DNA from: Patescibacteria group bacterium
Lineage (GTDB): Bacteria; Patescibacteriota; JAHJAL01
Length of the DNA stretch: 34,522 nucleotides
Assembly: GCA_036794765.1 (NCBI GenBank)
Contig: DAIRGB010000002.1
Span: forward strand, 1 to 34,522
Direction: 5' to 3'
Shown here: one piece after another, positions 31,306-34,522 of the stretch
Layout of the letters: every line of letters starts with the position of its first letter
Position numbering within the stretch: position 1 is the first letter of the stretch
Made by a program: the position numbers and the translations under genes
The notes under the pieces: generated by a model
What the model saw: the letters and a program-made list of their open reading frames with translations, nothing else
Told to the model about the DNA's origin: nothing
The model's database searches: none

Positions 31306-32769
31306 ATGAAGAAAGTTGGTAAAATATTGTATGTGGTGGCGGAGGCGGTTCCATTTGCAAAGGCTGGAGGGGTGGCCGATGTGGCTGGAGCTTTGCCGGC
31401 AGTACTAAAGAAACGAAATGTTGATATTCGGGTTTTTATGCCTTTGCATGGCGTAATTGATAAAACTAGTTTTCCGATGGAATTGGTGGTGGAAGGTTTG
31501 ACCGAGAAAGTGGGTAGGGTCGAATATAAATTTGATGTTTACAAAACAACATCTTACGAAGGAGTAGATGTTTATTTTTTGCATAATCATAAATTATTTG
31601 GTTCGAGAAAAAAAGTGTATGGTTATATAGACGATAACTTACGATTTTATTTTTTGAGTCGGATGGCTTTGAACTTTCTGAAAACAATCGATTGGCGACC
31701 GGAAGTAATTCATTGTAATGATTGGCATAGTGGAATTATCCCATATTTTTTGCGATACGATGATCAATTTAGTGAATTGGAGGATATTGCAACATTGTAT
31801 ACGATTCATAATTTGGCTTATCAAAAAGCGAATGTTCATGAGTATTATGTGAGATACGGAGATGATGATGGAATTGAATGGATTGAGTCAAATTTGTCTT
31901 CGGTGAGAAAACTAAATTTTGCCAAACGAGCGATCTTGAATGCGGATATGTTGAATGCGGTTAGTGATCAATATGCGGAAGAGATATTGACGGATGAGCT
32001 GGGTATGGGTTTGGAAAAAATTTTGAATAAGAGAAAAAAGAGATTGATGGGAATACTTAATGGGGTTGATTATTTTCGTTTTGATCCGATGGTGGACGAA
32101 TATTTGAAAGTCCATTTTGACGAAAATAATTTGGAAGGTAAAGAAGAAAGTAAAAGATTATTACAGAAGAGATTTAGATTGCCAATCGAGAAGGATGTTC
32201 CTTTGTTTGGAGTGGTTAGTCGCTTGGTTGGACATAAGGGGTTTGATTTGGTAAGCAGAGTGATCAAAATTTTATTGGATTTGCCGGTGCAACTGGTAGT
32301 GACTGGAACGGGGGAAAGACAATATGTTAGTTTGTTTCAAAAGTTGGCAAAAAAATATCCGAAAAAGCTGGCCGCCCACTTGGAATTGGATTTGGAAGTG
32401 GCAAGTCAAATATATGCCGGAAGTGACATGTTTTTGATGCCTTCAAAATTTGAGCCGTGTGGATTGAGCCAGTTGATTGCTTTACGTTATGGTTCGGTAC
32501 CGATAGTGCATAATGTAGGAGGGTTGTCAGATACTATTTCTGATTTTGACGTAATAACAAAGGAAGGAAATGGATTTGTTTTTGACAATTATCATGCTTT
32601 GAGTTTTTATGGAGCAATAGTTAGAGCGTTGGAACATTACAAGAACAAAGACGTGTGGATCCCTTTGGTTAAGAAAAATATGTCTCAGAGATTTTCTTGG
32701 GAAAAATCGGTGGATAAGTATGAAAGAGCTTATCAAAAAGCGAGAGAATATAGATTGGAAACGTTGTAG
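31306..32769 (+). CDS. glgA: Glycogen synthase (GT5)
   Basis: N-terminal AEAVPFAKAGGVADVAGALP (K-x-GG motif) and a C-terminal GT-B domain with FLMPSKFEPCGLSQL. Confidence 0.92.
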   Translation: MKKVGKILYVVAEAVPFAKAGGVADVAGALPAVLKKRNVDIRVFMPLHGVIDKTSFPMELVVEGLTEKVGRVEYKFDVYKTTSYEGVDVYFLHNHKLFGSRKKVYGYIDDNLRFYFLSRMALNFLKTIDWRPEVIHCNDWHSGIIPYFLRYDDQFSELEDIATLYTIHNLAYQKANVHEYYVRYGDDDGIEWIESNLSSVRKLNFAKRAILNADMLNAVSDQYAEEILTDELGMGLEKILNKRKKRLMGILNGVDYFRFDPMVDEYLKVHFDENNLEGKEESKRLLQKRFRLPIEKDVPLFGVVSRLVGHKGFDLVSRVIKILLDLPVQLVVTGTGERQYVSLFQKLAKKYPKKLAAHLELDLEVASQIYAGSDMFLMPSKFEPCGLSQLIALRYGSVPIVHNVGGLSDTISDFDVITKEGNGFVFDNYHALSFYGAIVRALEHYKNKDVWIPLVKKNMSQRFSWEKSVDKYERAYQKAREYRLETL

Positions 32770-32806
32770 GTGACAGGGCGGTGGTAGTTTCTTGTGTTTT
32801 TTTGAT

Positions 32807-32838
32807 AATACACTATATGTTTTTTAGTGTATTTTTTG
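32807..32838 (+). terminator. Intrinsic terminator of glgA
   Basis: aatacacta-tatgttttt-tagtgtatt followed by a T-run. Confidence 0.65.
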
Positions 32839-32907
32839 GTAATAAAATTGATTGATTATTTGTGTAAATATAATATGATTTGGTTGGTATTTGTTTAAAT
32901 TTTGTAT

Positions 32908-34383
32908 ATGAATAAAATGTTTGGGAAGTGGGGATGGATATTTGTGGTTGGTTTTTTGTTTATGTTTGGAGTGGCCAATGCTCAGGAGGTGTTAGATAGT
33001 GAAGAAAGAAAAAAGATTTTGACCGAAGTTGGTAAACAGATTGTTTTTGATGCCGGAGAGATATTTCCCGGGGCGAGTGAATATAAGGAGTTTCATTGGA
33101 GTTTTGCTGATGGTGGGAGTGCGGAAGGTTTAGGAGTTTTGCATAGTTATGTGAAACCAGGATACTATGAGGTGAATTTGCAACTGGTAAAGGAGAATGA
33201 GGAGAATTTTCAGAAAAAAATCGATGTATATGTTTATCAAGATTTGTTGTTGGGAGTGATTGATAATAGTGTTGATCGAAAGAAAATGGCTGAAATTGAG
33301 CAAAAGGTTTTTGATCAGGGAAAATTGTTGTGGGTGTTGGAGGGTGGTGAAACTTTTGATAATACCGATGGGGTGGCAGATATGGTGGTAGGCAATCAAG
33401 AAATATTAAATAAAGCCAAGGGTTTAATAATCTGGGGAAGAGGTGATTTTGGTTTGGATTTGTTGGTAAAATTGAAGCAAAGGAGTGCTAGCAATTTTAA
33501 TAATATAAATGTGGCGGTAGTTTCTGGCGGGCGTTTATCCAGTTTATTGAAAACTGCTGATTCGGCTTTTAATTTGGTTGCTCCTAATTCTTTGGTTTTG
33601 GTAGGTGAAAATGCGCTGGAAAATATTGATAGATTGGTGGATATTCAGTCTTTGGTGGATAAATTGGAAGAAGATAAGGTGAGTTATCAATTGGTTGGAA
33701 TAAAAGATAAATACAAAATCAGACCTTATAGTAGTTGGCAATTGATGTCGAGAATGGTGAGTTTTTCCTTATTCAAAGGAGTACCATTGTCAACAATATC
33801 TTTGATTCTAACAATACCCTTGATTGCTTTGTTGATTGTTTTTTCGCAACAAGTAGTGGGTATCAGAGCGTTTGGAATATATGTACCATCATTGATAACT
33901 ATTGCGTTTTTGGAGAGCGGAATTAGATATGGAGCTTTGGTTTTTTTGGTGGTTTTATTGACCGGAACTTTGGCCAGGATAATATTGCGGAAGCTAAAAA
34001 TATTATATTTGCCTCGGGTGGCTTTGATTTTGACAGTAGTTGCTTTTGGAATGTTGGTAATGATGGTGGGAGCGGCGTATTTTGATATTGCCGGGTTGAA
34101 AAATTTATCTATTGTGCCATTACTGACAATGGTAATTTTGACAGAAAAGTTTGTTTCGGCGCAGATAAGATATGGTTTTGGTTTGGCATTTCGTTTGACA
34201 GTCGAAACTTTTGTTTTGGCTGCGATTTGTTACTTTTTGTTGAGTTGGCAGACTTTGAGAGTGTTTGTAGTTTCTTATCCTGAGTGGTTGTTGGTGACTA
34301 TTCCATTGTTGTTGATTTTGGGTCGCTGGACGGGATTGAGATTAATTGAATATTGGAGGTTTAGAAGACTGGCGAAGGAATGA
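32908..34383 (+). CDS. Membrane protein: signal peptide, PKD-like extracellular domain and C-terminal polytopic (about 7 TM) domain
   Basis: MNKMFGKWGWIFVVGFLFMFGVANAQE signal. A PKD-like segment (FHWSFADGGSAEGLGVLHSYVKPGYYEVNLQLV). The last ~200 aa are strongly hydrophobic and reminiscent of the 7TM domain fused to inactive transglutaminases (unverified). Confidence 0.6.
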   Translation: MNKMFGKWGWIFVVGFLFMFGVANAQEVLDSEERKKILTEVGKQIVFDAGEIFPGASEYKEFHWSFADGGSAEGLGVLHSYVKPGYYEVNLQLVKENEENFQKKIDVYVYQDLLLGVIDNSVDRKKMAEIEQKVFDQGKLLWVLEGGETFDNTDGVADMVVGNQEILNKAKGLIIWGRGDFGLDLLVKLKQRSASNFNNINVAVVSGGRLSSLLKTADSAFNLVAPNSLVLVGENALENIDRLVDIQSLVDKLEEDKVSYQLVGIKDKYKIRPYSSWQLMSRMVSFSLFKGVPLSTISLILTIPLIALLIVFSQQVVGIRAFGIYVPSLITIAFLESGIRYGALVFLVVLLTGTLARIILRKLKILYLPRVALILTVVAFGMLVMMVGAAYFDIAGLKNLSIVPLLTMVILTEKFVSAQIRYGFGLAFRLTVETFVLAAICYFLLSWQTLRVFVVSYPEWLLVTIPLLLILGRWTGLRLIEYWRFRRLAKE

Positions 34384-34384
34384 T

Positions 34385-34422
34385 TAGTTTTTAGGTGCTA
34401 GGTTTCAGGTTTTAGTTTTAGG
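34385..34422 (+). repeat. G/T-rich motif R2 (tagtttttaggtgctaggtttcaggttttagttttagg), starting 2 nt after the stop codon of the last gene
   Basis: Second copy of the R1 motif in the same position relative to a + strand stop codon. Confidence 0.6.
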
Positions 34423-34522
34423 ATGCAAGATGGGAATGAGTGATTGATATTTTTTATTGATAATTTATAGACCTACTGCTAAATTAAATAAACAAAAATC
34501 CTACTCAAACTGACTTTTAAAT

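Overview
This is an AT-rich, gene-dense bacterial chromosomal segment that uses the standard genetic code: TAA, TAG and TGA all terminate well-supported genes. Strand blocks run + (1-11.6 kb), - (11.7-13.0), + (13.2-17.8), - (17.9-29.5) and + (29.8-34.4). Recognisable genes: recF (3' part) with a DUF721 gene, an orphan VirD4/TraD-like ATPase, pheS, pheT, a metzincin lipoprotein, asnS, a FecR-domain surface protein, and a gnd-pgl-zwf oxidative pentose-phosphate operon. Also present: glgP, a GT2/GT21-like glycosyltransferase, tlyA, yebC, ruvC, glgA and a PKD-plus-polytopic membrane protein. A MacAB/Lol-like ABC export operon encodes an AbrB-like regulator, a HlyD/MacA adaptor, an ATPase, a small membrane protein and two FtsX-type permeases. 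Compact genes, many lineage-specific hypotheticals and frequently weak Shine-Dalgarno sites fit a small-genome uncultivated bacterium (Patescibacteria/CPR-like), but that is inference only. I saw no rRNA, tRNA, CRISPR array, transposase or integrase. The main unexplained signal is a set of at least seven intergenic hairpins. Their arms are 33-38 bp, essentially perfectly complementary within a copy and unrelated between copies, while their 35-58 nt loops fall into conserved families. This is the reverse of MITE/REP architecture. The rare non-Watson-Crick pairs are all G:T on the + strand. Secondary observations: a candidate Asn-rich leader-peptide attenuator upstream of asnS; a single in-frame TAA splitting the MacA-like adaptor, which also carries an unusually long coiled coil; a G/T-rich motif repeated just after two stop codons; and AT heptad-repeat elements, one partial copy lying inside tlyA.
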